A stretch of 64,000 nt of DNA from the NCBI GenBank assembly GCA_030390025.1, contig CM059452.1:9548001-9612000 (forward strand), given 5' to 3'. How positions within the stretch are numbered: position 1 is the stretch's first letter; the number at the start of each line of letters is the position of its first letter. The translations under genes were made by a program, and so were the position numbers. Shown here in pieces: positions 24,963-37,680 of this stretch. A model generated the notes under the pieces. The model was not told where the DNA came from. It was given only the letters and a program-made list of their open reading frames with translations, and searched no databases. The stretch is from Squalus acanthias (taxonomy: Eukaryota).

Positions 24963-24979
24963 GCTCACCAGAGGGCGCT
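24963..24979 (+). promoter_or_regulatory. CTCF-like motif 22 bp behind RSS nonamer
   Basis: GCTCACCAGAGGGCGCT; further + motifs at 24129-24145, 26060-26076 and 29967-29983. Confidence 0.6.
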
Positions 24980-25229
24980 CTCACACCGATAAACAGAAGC
25001 GATAATTCAGCCTCCACAGTGAGAGTCACAGGGACCTTCTGAAAAGGGCGAAAAAACAGAACACTCCACAAGTCACGGATTTTTCTTCTGTCTTAACTCT
25101 TGAAGACAACGTCTGAGTGACAGAATCACAATAATTCAGATCTGAAAAAAACATGTTCAAACAGGAAAAGGACAGACCAGCGAGTGTTTAAAATTCAGAT
25201 TCAAACCATGTTGGAAATTAGAGAAAAGT

Positions 25230-25563
25230 TGAAATCCGCCATCATCATCACCATTTCACCAACAATAACACCTGGGTTACAGCAGTCACGGGGAAAATGG
25301 ATATTTACTGGGGAGGAAATACTTACTGAGAAGTGATATAATGATGAGGAGCGGTGCGAGACGGTTCCACATGATGCTCCCTGAGTCTGTAACTCTGCAG
25401 TCCGGGAAATCCTCTGTCGGAGCAGAAATACAGATCCCCGCCCCACTGCACTGCTGATCCAACCAATGCCAAACAGGGAACAGCGGCAGCAATCTCTCCA
25501 ATAACACAGGGCAGGCAAGGCGGGTCAGAGCGAGAGCAGCAAACGGAAGCTGTGGGCGGGGCT
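25230..25563 (-). pseudogene. Orphan promoter plus leader exon (25327-25372) of the MWNRLAP V family, no V exon
   Basis: Inverted near-copy of about 24220-24520; no V ORF follows. Confidence 0.85.
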
Positions 25564-26389
25564 GATGAAGAGGGAGTGAGAAGAAGGAAATAGTCGCCTG
25601 GTGCTCACTTTCTCTCGCAATGACCACTTTCTCTGAAGTGGAATGATGAAGGGGATGGGCACAGGAGCTATTTTAAGTAGCAGCGTGTCCCAGTGCCCGA
25701 CTTCAATGACCCCAAGAGGATTATCAGCATTAAAACCGAACCCGCAATATCCATTTAAACTGAACCTTGGAAGTAGAAGCTGGGGACACGGGGTCAATGT
25801 AAAAAAGCTCATTTTAGTGCTGGTACCCGGAAATTCTACACACACACAGAGTGATTAATGTGTGGAATATACTTCTGCATAGAGTGGCCGAGGGAAATAC
25901 CCTGGAATCGTTTAAGGAAAAGTTTGAGGCTGCAGTGAGGGGCGGGAGTTAGGAGCTCTCTGGATGGATGAGACAAGACAAGCCGAATGGCCTCTCTCAT
26001 TCTCAGTGATCTGGTGAACTGCAACACGGCGGGATTTGTACCTTGTAGTTACAGGTAGTCGCCACCAGAGGGCAGTGGGCGGATGTGTTCACTGTTGGTT
26101 TCAGTGTGAGGGCGAGTTACAGACGGACAACACCGTTCAGTTCCTTTATTTAATAAAGGGATTCAGAAATAAAGGCATTAATTTCAAATGGAAGCATTGC
26201 TTTATTTTTAATGTTATTGTGAATTATTAAAGTATTATTAATGACATGTTGTAAATATTTTAATGACCAGCTCACCGTGGTATCACTGAGCCTATCCGCT
26301 GCTCGCATCCTCCCATTCTGCTCAAACATGTCAGTCATTCCCCATTTCATTCATATAACAGGTGGCGTTTGTACAATTTACCGTATCGT

Positions 26390-26695
26390 TGTGTTCAAGT
26401 CCCTCAGGACCCGCTGGCCGTCTATATTCCCCTTTATATCGGCAGTGTGTAGATCTAATGGTCAGTGAGCAGCTCTTTAATCGGAGCCTCCGGCACTGAT
26501 ACCAGAACAACATTAACTATTTCCCTTTACTGCCCCCACCGCACAGATTGCACCTGTTAGTGAATTTAGATCCCACTGCATCTGAAAACAGAATGTGGGC
26601 CAAACAATGTGAGATTAATGTTTGTATCCGTTCAGGGACCTGCACTCATCAGTTAAAGACAGCAGCAAGTAGATCGCACCGAGGGAACGGGGCTG
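26390..26695 (-). pseudogene. Highly degenerate, internally deleted V-like remnant (partial paralog at about 28272-28404)
   Basis: Leader-like GAIYLLLSLT with a mutated donor, acceptor TTTCAG/DAVG, C..LFWYQ and SLTI motifs. Confidence 0.5.
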
Positions 26696-27647
26696 TGCTG
26701 ATTGTGTCCAGGAAGAGAAGCGAGAAAGGACAAATATACAACCCGTGACTCAGGGATGAGCGGGTGCAGCTTGTCACATGATCTCAGGAATTGTCTGATT
26801 GGTTGGAAAACCTTTTGGCACATTGCTGAGAGACGGAATGAATCCAATTCTAGAATAGTTTGCACCAAGTCTGTTTCTCATTCATCTCAAACAATTTACA
26901 ACTGAACATAGCATCAATAACATCCACAAGATATCAATCATTGTGTGCCCGTCTGTGTTTATTCTGGTATGTGTGTCTGTGTGTGTTTGAGTGTGTGTGT
27001 GTGTGTGTGTGTCTGTCTATGTGCGGGTGCCTGTGGTCATGTGCTTGTTTCCAATGCTCTGTGTGAGGCTTGTACCTGACACAGGAGTGCGCTACCTGGT
27101 CACTTGTTAAAGAGCTTGCATCTCAAGCAAAGCACAACTGAATATACGTCATTAACCTCCAAAGATATCAAACATTCTGTGTATTTTTGTTAATGTTTGT
27201 GTGTGTGTAATGTAATTCATATTCTTAAGATTGCAACTATTAATGGGACACAATGACTTCAGGAATTTCTTCACATTTCACCTTAGTTAGAGAGCGACAG
27301 AGATAGAATGAAAGGGAAAGACAGATGGAGAGAGAGAGAGAGAGAGGGAGAGAGAAACCGTGACTCAGATAGAGACACCGATTTAAATAGACATATATAT
27401 AGAGAGAGATAATGACACACAGAGGCAGGCAAGGAAAGAGTTTGAAGAGATCCTGCAGTAATTGGACACAAATAACACTCATTGGTGCAAAGCTGAAGAC
27501 AGTTCTGAGAGACCAGCCAATCATGTCCTGGGAAACGCCCCTCAGTTTCTCAATAAGTGAAGCCTGACCCTGATCTGGGTTTAATCTTTAATATCGCACA
27601 TGTTTAGAACATTCTGTTATTTTCTGTCGAACTCTGTAACAGACATC

Positions 27648-28088
27648 ATGTGCTCCCCGTGTTCTTTACTAATAATAATGGTCGTGCTGCCCAGTGAGTC
27701 TGTGTTTAAATGGCCAGTGTGTGTTCCATGGGTTGTATTCACTGCCAGGCTTTTCACACATTCTGCATTTTGTTACAGGTACGAGTGGAAAAGACGCAGT
27801 ATTTCAGGATCCGCGAGAATTAACGGCTCAGGAGGGACAGACCATTATGCTGAACTGTCGTTACTCGGCAAAGTACACTGGCTCAACTCTCTTCTGGTAC
27901 ATCCAGTATCCCGGGGAAGCTCCGAGATATTTACTGAAGCGATATAGCTCGGTGTCCGGAGAAAAGTCTCCAGATACCCCAGAACGGTTCTCTGCTGATT
28001 TGGACCAAGACAACAAAACGGTTCCTTTAAATGTCTCCGGAGCGCTCATCTCTGACTCTGCCGTGTATTTATGTGCGCTGAGCGCACC
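27648..28088 (+). CDS. TCR alpha/delta V, intact (leader 27648-27693, V exon 27779-28088)
   Basis: IMLNC..LFWYIQYPGEAPRYLL..DSAVYLCALS; RSS CACACTG-23-ACAAAAACT at 28089-28127. Confidence 0.92.
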
Positions 28089-28483
28089 CACACTGTTACA
28101 GGGGCGCAGTCAGTCCGTACAAAAACTAGCAAAGGACTCTCACCTCCTCTCAATGAATCAGATCTGTGACCTGGATTATGATCAGATAATAGAACGGAAA
28201 CCAAATTATAAAGACGAGTTTGGCCGAATGGCCTGTTTCTGTGCTGTACACAGTGTAATTCTATGTAATATCCCCATTTATATCGGCTGTGGATAGTTCA
28301 CATGGTCCGTGAGCAGGTGTTTTAACGGGACCCTCCGGCACTTATACTAAAGAACATAACCATTTCCCTTCACTGCTCCCAACGCACATACTGCCCCTGT
28401 TAAAGGGCGAGCATTGGGTTTAATCCCCGTCCAGTTCTCTGTTGTGAGGAGAACAATTTCACTCCGTTCCTCGCTCCCCGCTC

Positions 28484-28635
28484 TGACGTCAGGAGTTGGT
28501 GAACCAAGGAGCTGTGAGATGATTGGATGATTGGGAGAACACAGGAACTGTGAGCTGATTGGATGAATTGGAGAACAAAGGACCCCTGAGTTGATTGGAT
28601 GTCACCTGTTGACTCTGTCAGGAATGAACCAATCG
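28484..28635 (+). promoter_or_regulatory. V promoter with CRE and repeated CCAAT boxes
   Basis: TGACGTCA at 28484-28491 and several GATTGG/CCAATC upstream of the ATG at 28736. Confidence 0.5.
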
Positions 28636-28735
28636 GCAGAGAGACGGAAATTACTCAATATTTTCCCAACTCTTGACTAAAACAATTACATGCTCAACCC
28701 GTTCTGTTCAAATTCGCCATCAACTCCCTGCAAAC

Positions 28736-29259
28736 ATGTTGGGTGTGACTTTTTATTCAGTCGTCACAGCTGCAGCTCTATTAACCGGTAAGTTCACAAG
28801 TTACACAAACTTCCTCTTGCAGGTGTCACTAACACAGAGAATCTTTTAACTGTGTTTCTCTATACTTGCCATGTATTCCGTCACCTTTATTATATTAGTT
28901 ATAATTAAATGACAGTGAGAGCTTACAGTTCTGTGTTTCTAAATTTCTGCAGGTGTCAGTGGTGCGGACTCGGTCTCACAGGGGCCGGTTACAGCGATGC
29001 AGTTTGAAGGAGACTCGGTGACCATCAATTACAATTATTCGACCACTGCTACTTTCTAATTCTTACAACTGTACCGTCAGGACCGGGACAAAGGCCCCAC
29101 ATTCTTGATCTACATCCCGTCTGCTGGGGATGTTTCCAAAGCAGAGGGTGTGGGGGCTCGATTTTCTGCATCTCTCGACACGTCGAAAAGTGAAGGGAAT
29201 TTCACCATCGGCGGCCTGCGGCTGTCTGACAGCGCGGTGTATCACTGCGGGCTGAGAGA
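28736..29259 (+). pseudogene. TCR alpha/delta V pseudogene (leader 28736-28787, exon from 28953)
   Basis: Cys1 to Tyr, in-frame TAA, Trp to Leu; intact RSS CACAGTG-23-ACAAAAACA at 29260-29298. Confidence 0.9.
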
Positions 29260-30772
29260 CACAGTGACAGGAACCAGGGGGAGCCTCGTACAAAAACATT
29301 GCCAGAACATAACAAGGTCAGCGGGATAGCGGGCAGTGTGGAGAGAAACGAAGACTTTCTAAACTTGTGACCAGAAGGTGCTGATTTAAAATATACCCAA
29401 ATAAACAGCAAACCGAGAGCAACAGATAGGCATTGGGGAAACTTTCCTCTGGTGCCCCTGAACATAGTGAAAAGATGTGTTTAGAGAATTTATACCAGTT
29501 CATAAATTTTAGATATTGCGGCAGAAACACTGCCCAAACAATTGGACATTGTGTTCCAGCCGTTCAAGGAGCTGTACACACCAGGCAAACCCAGCGGCGG
29601 GTCAATAACACCGAGGGAACGCGCTGATTGTGCGCAGCAAATATGATCAGAAACTTTGTATTTACATAAAGCCTCATCCAGTGTGTTCAGATTCCCCAAA
29701 GCAATTCTGGTGTGTGGTCAAGTAACCATTGAGTTACATATTTAGACTGATTTGTACCTGAATAAACCACCTATCATGGTTATTTTGATTAATCTAAATT
29801 TTGAAACTTGTTTTATTCGTGTTACTAGCATCACCTTATCTATCAAGCGCCGTTTATTTCTTGGTTAAGCTCTAATTGCCAGAACACGGCGAAATTCACC
29901 TTTCTTCTTGTCATCTGGTATTTTCTTAAGAGTCTGTCCCGTTGCACCGCGTGCAATGTTTGGGCCAGCCACCAGGGGGCGGCAGGACTCCACCCTTCCG
30001 CTCAGTGAAGACCCCACCTTAGTTTCAGATGGAGTTTGTCAACTGGATATGAGGAACCATTTGGCTGCAGGAAATTATTGCAATGGAAAAGGGTACGATC
30101 TAAACCAAATTCCTGATTTGAAGATCTGAAACAGAGGAACCGTCAAGTCACCAAATTGGTACAATATTTGTTTAAAAAGCAAGATGGTGACACCGAGAAT
30201 TCTATATACTTTAATGAACGACCACTGACGGTGAAGGAAGGGGAGCGAATACAATGATCAGTGTGAGGTGATGTCAGTCACGTGTTGATTTGGTTCAGGA
30301 ACATTTTTTAATTCGTGTTTTTAATTCATGTGGACGTCGCTGGCAAGACCGGCATGTACATTCCATCTTCTACTTGCACTGATACAACTGACGGTCTTGC
30401 TGGGCCGCTTCATAAGGCAGCTAAGAGTCAACCACATTGGTGTGGGACTGGACTGGAGTCCCCATTTCAGGACAACGGGGGACCGGCAATAAAGACGGCC
30501 TCGCCAGCGACACCTGCAGCCCGAGAATGCATTAACATTTCACTTCTATTTATCCAATCAAACTGAGTCTCTCTCTCTCATATATCCAATCATCGCAAGG
30601 ACCGTTAACGGACGCTCCCAATTGGTTTAACCTGGAGCACGTGATTTGTCATTGAAGAATATTGCCGCGAGCTGCTCAGTGCAAAGACTGGATCAGCTTC
30701 CCAGCAAAGGAGAGAGTATTGGAAATCAGCTCGACCCGGAGAGGCCCACACTGGCTGGGATTGTCGGAGATC

Positions 30773-31237
30773 ATGCATTTCAAATTCACCCTTTTGACTA
30801 CCCTCACCTGTTTAACATTTGGTAAATCTTTAAAGATGTTATTGTACAAAGCTACGTTAAACAAAGTTTCATATTAAACCCACAATTAACCTCCAATCAA
30901 TATTTTCAGTCTTTCCACCAGATCTGAGTCAGGGCGATTCTCTGTCTCAGGATTGGTCGGCTGCAGTTCGGAAAATGAGACAGACTTTCAGAACGCAATG
31001 TAGCTATTCAACAACAGCAGGCTGGTACGACCTGTATTGTACCGAAAGTATCCTGATACACCCCCGGAGATGATCGTGTGGAGAAGTTAGAGAAACAGTT
31101 GGGGAAAGGCAAAAAATATTGGGAATCGCTTCACTTCTGAATTAAAGACATGCTCAGAAGTGTCTATTTTAACCGTCACTGATCTCCAGCTGAGTGACAC
31201 GGCGCTGTACATCTGTGGATTCGCCCCATCGCTCCGA
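30773..31237 (+). pseudogene. TCR alpha/delta V pseudogene (leader 30773-30821, exon from 30922)
   Basis: Frameshift at the conserved Trp; LQLSDTALYICG end; RSS CACAGAG-23-ACAAAAGCT at 31238-31276. Confidence 0.88.
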
Positions 31238-31354
31238 CACAGAGATATGACCTAGTTCTCCTCTCGTACAAAAGCTGCCTGCGGTCTGTTTTGGCGGAGG
31301 ATGAGTTTCAGTGCGGTCAGAGAGAGCTGCAGCATCGACTGCAATTCCTATGGG

Positions 31355-32415
31355 CTGAATCATTGAATCATACAGCACAGAAGGAGGTCATTCGGCCATG
31401 GTCCTGTGTCGGCTCTTTGAAAGAGCTATCCAATTAGTCCAGTTCCCCGATTTTTTACCCATAGCCCTACAGATTCTTGCTTTTCAAGTATATATCCAAT
31501 TCTCTTTTGAAAGTTATTATTGAATCTGCTTCCACCATCCTCCCAGGCAGTGCGTTACAGATCATAACGACTGAGTGCCTCAACAAATTTCTCCTCCTCT
31601 CCCTTCTGTTGTTTTTGCAAATTATCTTAAATCTGTGTCCTCCAGTTACCGACCCTCGTGTCAGTGGAAACAATTTCTCGCTATCTACTCTATCACAACT
31701 CCTCATAATTTTGAACACTTCTATTAAATGTCCTCTCAACTTTCTCTGCTCTATTGAGAACAAAACCAGTTTCTCTAGTCTCTCCACGTAACTGACGTCT
31801 TTCATCCCGACATGGCAAGAGAGCCCCAGGTGGGCAGAGGAAACGCTTCAAGGACACCCTGCATCCTACAGTTTTGGTCTCCTTACCTAAGGAAGGATAT
31901 ACTTGCCATAGAGAGAGTCCAACGATGGTTCACCAGCCTAATTTATGGGATGGGAGGATTGTCCTACGAGGAGAGATTGAGTAGACGAGGCCTATATTCT
32001 CTAGATTTTAGAAGAATGAGAGGTAATCTCATTGAAACATACAAAATTCTTACAGGGCTTGACAGGGTAGATGCAGAGAGGATGATTCCCCTGGCTGGGG
32101 AGTCCAGAACCAGGGGTCACAGTCACAGAATAAGGGGTCGGCCATTTAGGACAGAGATGAGGGGGAAATTTCTTCATTCAGAGGGTGGCGAATCTTTGGA
32201 ATTCTCCACCCCAGAGGGCTGTGAGGGCTCAGTCGTTGAGTATATTTAAGGTAGAGATCAATAGATTTTTGGATGTTAACGGAAACAAGGTTTATGGGGA
32301 TAGTGCAGGAAAGTGGAGTTGAGGTGGCGGATCAGTAATGGTCTTATTGAATGGCGGAGCTGGCTCGTGGGGCCGAATGGCCTACACCTGCTGCTATTTG
32401 TTGTGTTCTTATGTT
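31355..32415. mobile_element. Two CR1-type 3' fragments in opposite orientation (31355-31810 -, 31865-32415 +) with a short RTE-like piece between
   Basis: SYVERLEKL..ICNALP and QFWSPYLRKDI..RTRGHS; GKRAPGGQRKRFKDTL. Confidence 0.85.
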
Positions 32416-32469
32416 ACCTGAGATAAGGCCTATTATAATATAAACAAAGTAAAGGGCTGTAACAAATAA

Positions 32470-33220
32470 GGCAGGGCCCAGTGCAATAATTACTGATACA
32501 GCGACTAGTGTAATATAAACTGAGGCAGGGTCTCGTGTAATATAAACAGAGACAGGGTCTAGTGCAATAATAACTGAGACGGGGCCTAGTGTAATATAAA
32601 CAGAGACAGGGTCTGGTGTAATATAAACTGAAACAGGGCCTAGTGTAATATAAACAGAGACGAGGTCTAGTGCAGTAATAACTGAGACAGGGCCTAGTGT
32701 AATATAAACAGAGACAGGGCCTAGTGTAATATAAACAGAGACCGGGTCTAGTGTAATATAAACAGAGACAGGGTCCAGTGTAATATAAACTGAAACAGGG
32801 CCTAGTGTAATATAAACAGAGACGAGGTCTAGTGCAGTAATAACTGAGACAGGGCCTAGTGTAACATAAACAGAGACAGGGCCTAGTGTAATATAAACAG
32901 AGACAGGGTCTAGTGTAATATAAACAGAGACAGGGTCTAGTGTAATATAAGCAGAGACAGGGTCTAGTGTAATATAAACAGAAACAGGGCCTAGTGTAAT
33001 ATAAACAGAGACCGGGTCTAGTGTAATATAAACAGAGACAGGGTCTAGTGTAATATAAAAAGAGACAGGGTCTAGTGTAATATAAGCAGAGACAGGGTCT
33101 AGTGTAATATAAACAGAAACAGGGCCTAGTGTAATATAAACAGAGACCGGGTCTAGTGTAATATAAAGAGAGACATGGTCTACTGTAATATAAACAGAGA
33201 CAGGGTCTAGTGTAATAATA
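32470..33220. repeat. 27-bp minisatellite
   Basis: Unit GGGTCTAGTGTAATATAAACAGAGACA. Confidence 0.95.
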
Positions 33221-34224
33221 GTCAGATAATTACAAATTGATGAACCTCATGTCAGGTACAGGTACAGTTTCATTTTTACCATCACTTGCACCAATCATCA
33301 CACACTCGAGGTGTTTGTCAGGAGATTCTGTGTGATGCTGAGGTGATCACTGGGCAATAATGCACAGAGACTGGTGGGTAGCTGCTCATTATCCTCGGTG
33401 TGATTTAATTCCCTTTCCAACTGAATACTGCGGACAGTCATGCTTGACTTGGTAACGGACTGGTCAGTGACATCGCTTTCAAAACAAGAGCACTCAAGAG
33501 AATCGTTTATTAATAAATGTTAAAGATATTAAGCAATTTGCAATTCCATTTTGAATAAAAGAAAATGTTCAAAAATAATTGTGAAGATAATCATTTATCG
33601 TTGCAGAATGCACTTGCAAACATCAAAAATGATGTATTTTATACACACACACTCACACTCACACATATAGCAAACACTTTGTAAGCGCTCTTTTCAGTTG
33701 TTCCTCTTAAACAGATTGTAAATGATCCGGTGGCCATTAGGACCCTGCATCCGCCCATGCGGAGGTGCTGTAAGGTCATGGTTCCAGCTACTGTCACACA
33801 ATCAGTGGGTGACGTGAAAGCTAAATAGAGAATAATGCAGGAAAAAAATCATGAACATTAAAAAAATTGTGAGCAATTGGCACACTGCAACACAAGTATC
33901 AATTAGTCAACTTTAACAGAACGCAGCTTGCTACGAAGTAGTGCAAAGTTCAGTGCACTATTGCTGACCTTTAGTCCTGCCACTCAATCCCAGTTCATCT
34001 CTGGGAGATTGTTACAAGATTCACCCCATTTTAAACACAAATATTACCGACAAAATACCAGTTCAATTAGAAATTGCACGCTGCTCCTGATACTGATGAA
34101 TAACAGTACAGGTATGCTTCCAACCATAAATGTTTGCATCCTCCCGCCCACTCACACATATATCTTTATTTACATTAATACCTGTCTATCCATCCAGCAG
34201 AGATATGCTCTGGAACAATGATAG

Positions 34225-36480
34225 CTGAGAAAGGGCCTAGTGTAATATAAACAGAGACTGGGTGTGGTGTAATATAAACAGAGACAGGGTCTACTGTATT
34301 ATAAACAGAGATGGGGTCTAGTGTAATATAAACAGAGATAGTGTCTAGTGTAATATAAGCACAGACAGTGTATAGTGTATTATAAACAGAGACAGTGTCT
34401 AGTGAAATATAAACAGAGACAGCGTCTAGTGTAATATAAACATAGACAGTGTCTAGTGTAATATAAACAGAGACAGGGTCTAGTGTAATATAAACAGAGA
34501 CTGGGTGTAGTGTAATATAAACAGAGACAGGGTCTAGTGTATTATAAACAGAGATAGGGTCTAGTGTAATATAAACAGAGACAGTGTCTAGTGTAATATA
34601 AGCAGAGACAGTGTATAGTGTAGTATAAACAGAGACAGTGTCTAGTGTAATATAAACAGAGACAGCGTCTAGAGTAATATAAACAGAAACAAGGTCTACT
34701 GCAGTAATAACTGAGACAGGGCCTAGTGTAATATAAACAGAGACAGGATCTAGTGTAATATAAACAGAGGCAGGGTCTAATGTAATATAAACAGAGACAT
34801 GGTCTAGTGTAATATAAACAGAGACAGGGTCTAGTGTAATATAAATACAGACAGGGTCTAGTGTAATATAAACAGAGACAGGATCTAGTGTAAAATAAAC
34901 AGAGACAGGGTCTCGTGTAATATAAACTGAGACAGGGTCTAGTGTAATATAAACAGAGACAGGGTCTAGTGTAATATAAACAGAGGCAGGGTCGAGTGTA
35001 ATACAAACAGAGATAGGAACTAGTGTAATATAAATAGAGAAACGGTCTAGTGTAATATAAACAGAGACAGGGTCTAATGTAATATAAACATAGACAGGAT
35101 CTAGTGTAATATAAACTGAGACAGGTTCTAGTGTAATATAAACAGAGACGGGGTCTAGTGTAATATAAACGGTGACAAGGTCTAGTGCAGTAATAACTGA
35201 GACAGTGTCTAATGTAATAAAAACAGAGACAGGGTATAGCGTAATATAAACAGAGACAGGGTCTAGTGTAATATAAACAGAGACAGGGTCTAGTGTAATA
35301 TAAACAGAGACAGGGTCTAGTGTAATATAAACAGAGACAGGGTCTAGTGTAATATAAACAGAGACAGGGTCTAGTGTAATATAAACAGCGACAGGGTCTA
35401 GTGTAATATAAAAAGAGACAGCGTCTAGAGTAATATAAACAGAAACAAGGTCTACTGCAGTAATAACTGAGACAGGGCCTAGTGTAATATAAACAGAGAC
35501 AGGGTCTAGTGTAATATAAACAGAGACAGGGTCTAGTGTAACATCAACAGAGACAGGATCTAGTGTAATATAAACAGAGACAGGGTCTCGTGTAATATAA
35601 ACAGAGACAGGGTCTAGTATAATATAAACAGAGACAGGGTCTAGTGTAATATAAACAGAGACAGGAACTAGTGTAATATAAACAGAGAAACGGTCTAGTG
35701 TAATATAAACAGAGACAGGGTCTAGTGTAATATAAATAGAGACAGGGTCTAGTGTAATATAAATAGAGACAGGATCTAGTGTAATATAAACAGAGTTAGG
35801 GTCTCGTGTAATACAAACAGAGACAGAGTCTATTATAATATAAACAGAGACAGGGTCTAGTGTAATATAAACAGAGATTGGAACTAGTGTAATATAAACA
35901 GAGAAACGGTCTAGTGTAATATAAACAGAGACAGGGTGTAGTGTAATATAAATACAGACAGGATCTCGTGTAATATAAATAGAGACAGGATCTCGTGTAA
36001 TATAAACAGAGAAACGGTCTAGTGTAATATAAACAGAGACAGGATCTAGTGTAATATAAACATAGACAGGATCTAGTGTAATATAAACTGAGACAGGGCC
36101 TCGTGTAATATAAACAGAGGCATGGTCTAGTGCAGTAATAACTGAGACAGGGTCTAGTATAATATAAACACAGACAGGTTCTAGTGTAATATAAACAGAG
36201 ACAGGGTCTAGTGTAATATAAACAGAGACATGGTCTAGTGCAGTAATAACTGAGACAGGGCCTCGTGTAATATAAACACAGACAGGTTCTAGTGCAGTAA
36301 TAACTGAGACAGGGTCTAGTATAATATAAACACAGACAGGTTCTAGTGCAGTAATAAATGAGACAGCGTCTAGTGTAATATAAACACAGACAGATTCTGG
36401 TGCAGTAATAACTGAGACAGGGTCTAGTGTAATATAAATAGGGACAGCGTCTACTGCTGTAATAACTGAGGCAGGGCCTG
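34225..36480. repeat. 27-bp minisatellite, long array
   Basis: Same unit as 32470-33220. Confidence 0.95.
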
Positions 36481-36508
36481 TTTAGTGGAAGGCAAACAAT
36501 CGAGTTTT

Positions 36509-36526
36509 CGCTGCCACCTGGTGGCA
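36509..36526 (-). promoter_or_regulatory. Strong CTCF-like motif
   Basis: TGCCACCAGGTGGCAGCG; second same-orientation motif TCAGCAGGTGGCGAC at 37877-37891. Confidence 0.6.
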
Positions 36527-37164
36527 AAGCTTTACCATTGCTCCTATTAGGAAAATTAAGATGTCAGTTACTGTTTCTGATATTAATGTAGCAAGAAGCA
36601 CCTTGCATTGAAGTACCACCTCATCACATTCTATGGGAGTTCCCGAAGGATTTGAAGTGCAACTAATTGCAGGTGAATGTGGCCGATTCGCGCACAGAAA
36701 GATCAGCAAAAGAGCAAAGTGGCTCGATTCCTGTTACTGTATTTCCTTTGAACTTGCTTGAAGGGAGGAATGTTGACCCGGACACAGTCTGGGACCCTGG
36801 GAGCTTTAATGTCCACCTCAACAGACAAGATGCGGCGGGCGCGGAGAGATTATTCGTTCAGGAAAGTTAGTTCCTTTTCAGTGCTGCACCGATTCGACGC
36901 CTAGATAATGTGCTTAGGTTCTGAACTTGATGTGAAGTCTGCAATCGATTGATTCTGAAACCAGAATAAAGTCACTTTAGCCAAGCTGCTACTAAAATGC
37001 TTAATGGGTTTAGGTGACATTTGCGCAAAGAAAGTTCAGCAAAACTATTTTAAAATAATACCGGTTAACATTGTTGATATTCCGCGTCCATATACTAATA
37101 TCACAAATAGTAACTTCAACAATACAATTACAAATCTTTTGATTCGTGCAATTTAAATTCACTG

Positions 37165-37680
37165 AATCATGGGATCTTACGGCACAGAAGGAGGCCACTC
37201 GGCCCATCGTGCCTGTGCCTGTTCCAGCTCTTTGAATGAGCTATCCAATTACTTCCACTCTCCTGTTCTGTCTCCAAAGCCCTGTAAATGTTTCCTTTCA
37301 AGTATTTATCCAATTCCCTTTTGAAAGATACTGTTGAATCTGCTTCCGCCACCCTTTCAGGCAGTGCAATCCAGATCATAACAACTCGCTGCAAAAAAAT
37401 CTCCTCATATCCCCGCTGTTTTTTTGGCAATTATCTTAATTCTGTATCCTCTGGTTACCGACACTCCTGCCAGTGGAAACATATCTCACTGTCAGCTCTA
37501 TCAAAACCCTTCATGATTTTGAACACTTCTATTAAATTCCATTTAACCTTCTCTGCTCTAAGGAGAACAATCCCAGCTTCTCCAGTCTCTCCACATAACT
37601 GAAGTCCCTCATCCCTGGTACAATTCTAGTAAATCTCCTCTGCACCCTATCCAAGACTTGACATCCTTCCTAATGTGTGG
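37165..37680 (-). mobile_element. CR1-type LINE 3' fragment
   Basis: QRVVMIWIALPERVAEA..FKRELD. Confidence 0.82.

Noticed and set aside
34542-36527. Cys/Tyr-rich ORFs
   Set aside because: Translation of the 27-bp satellite
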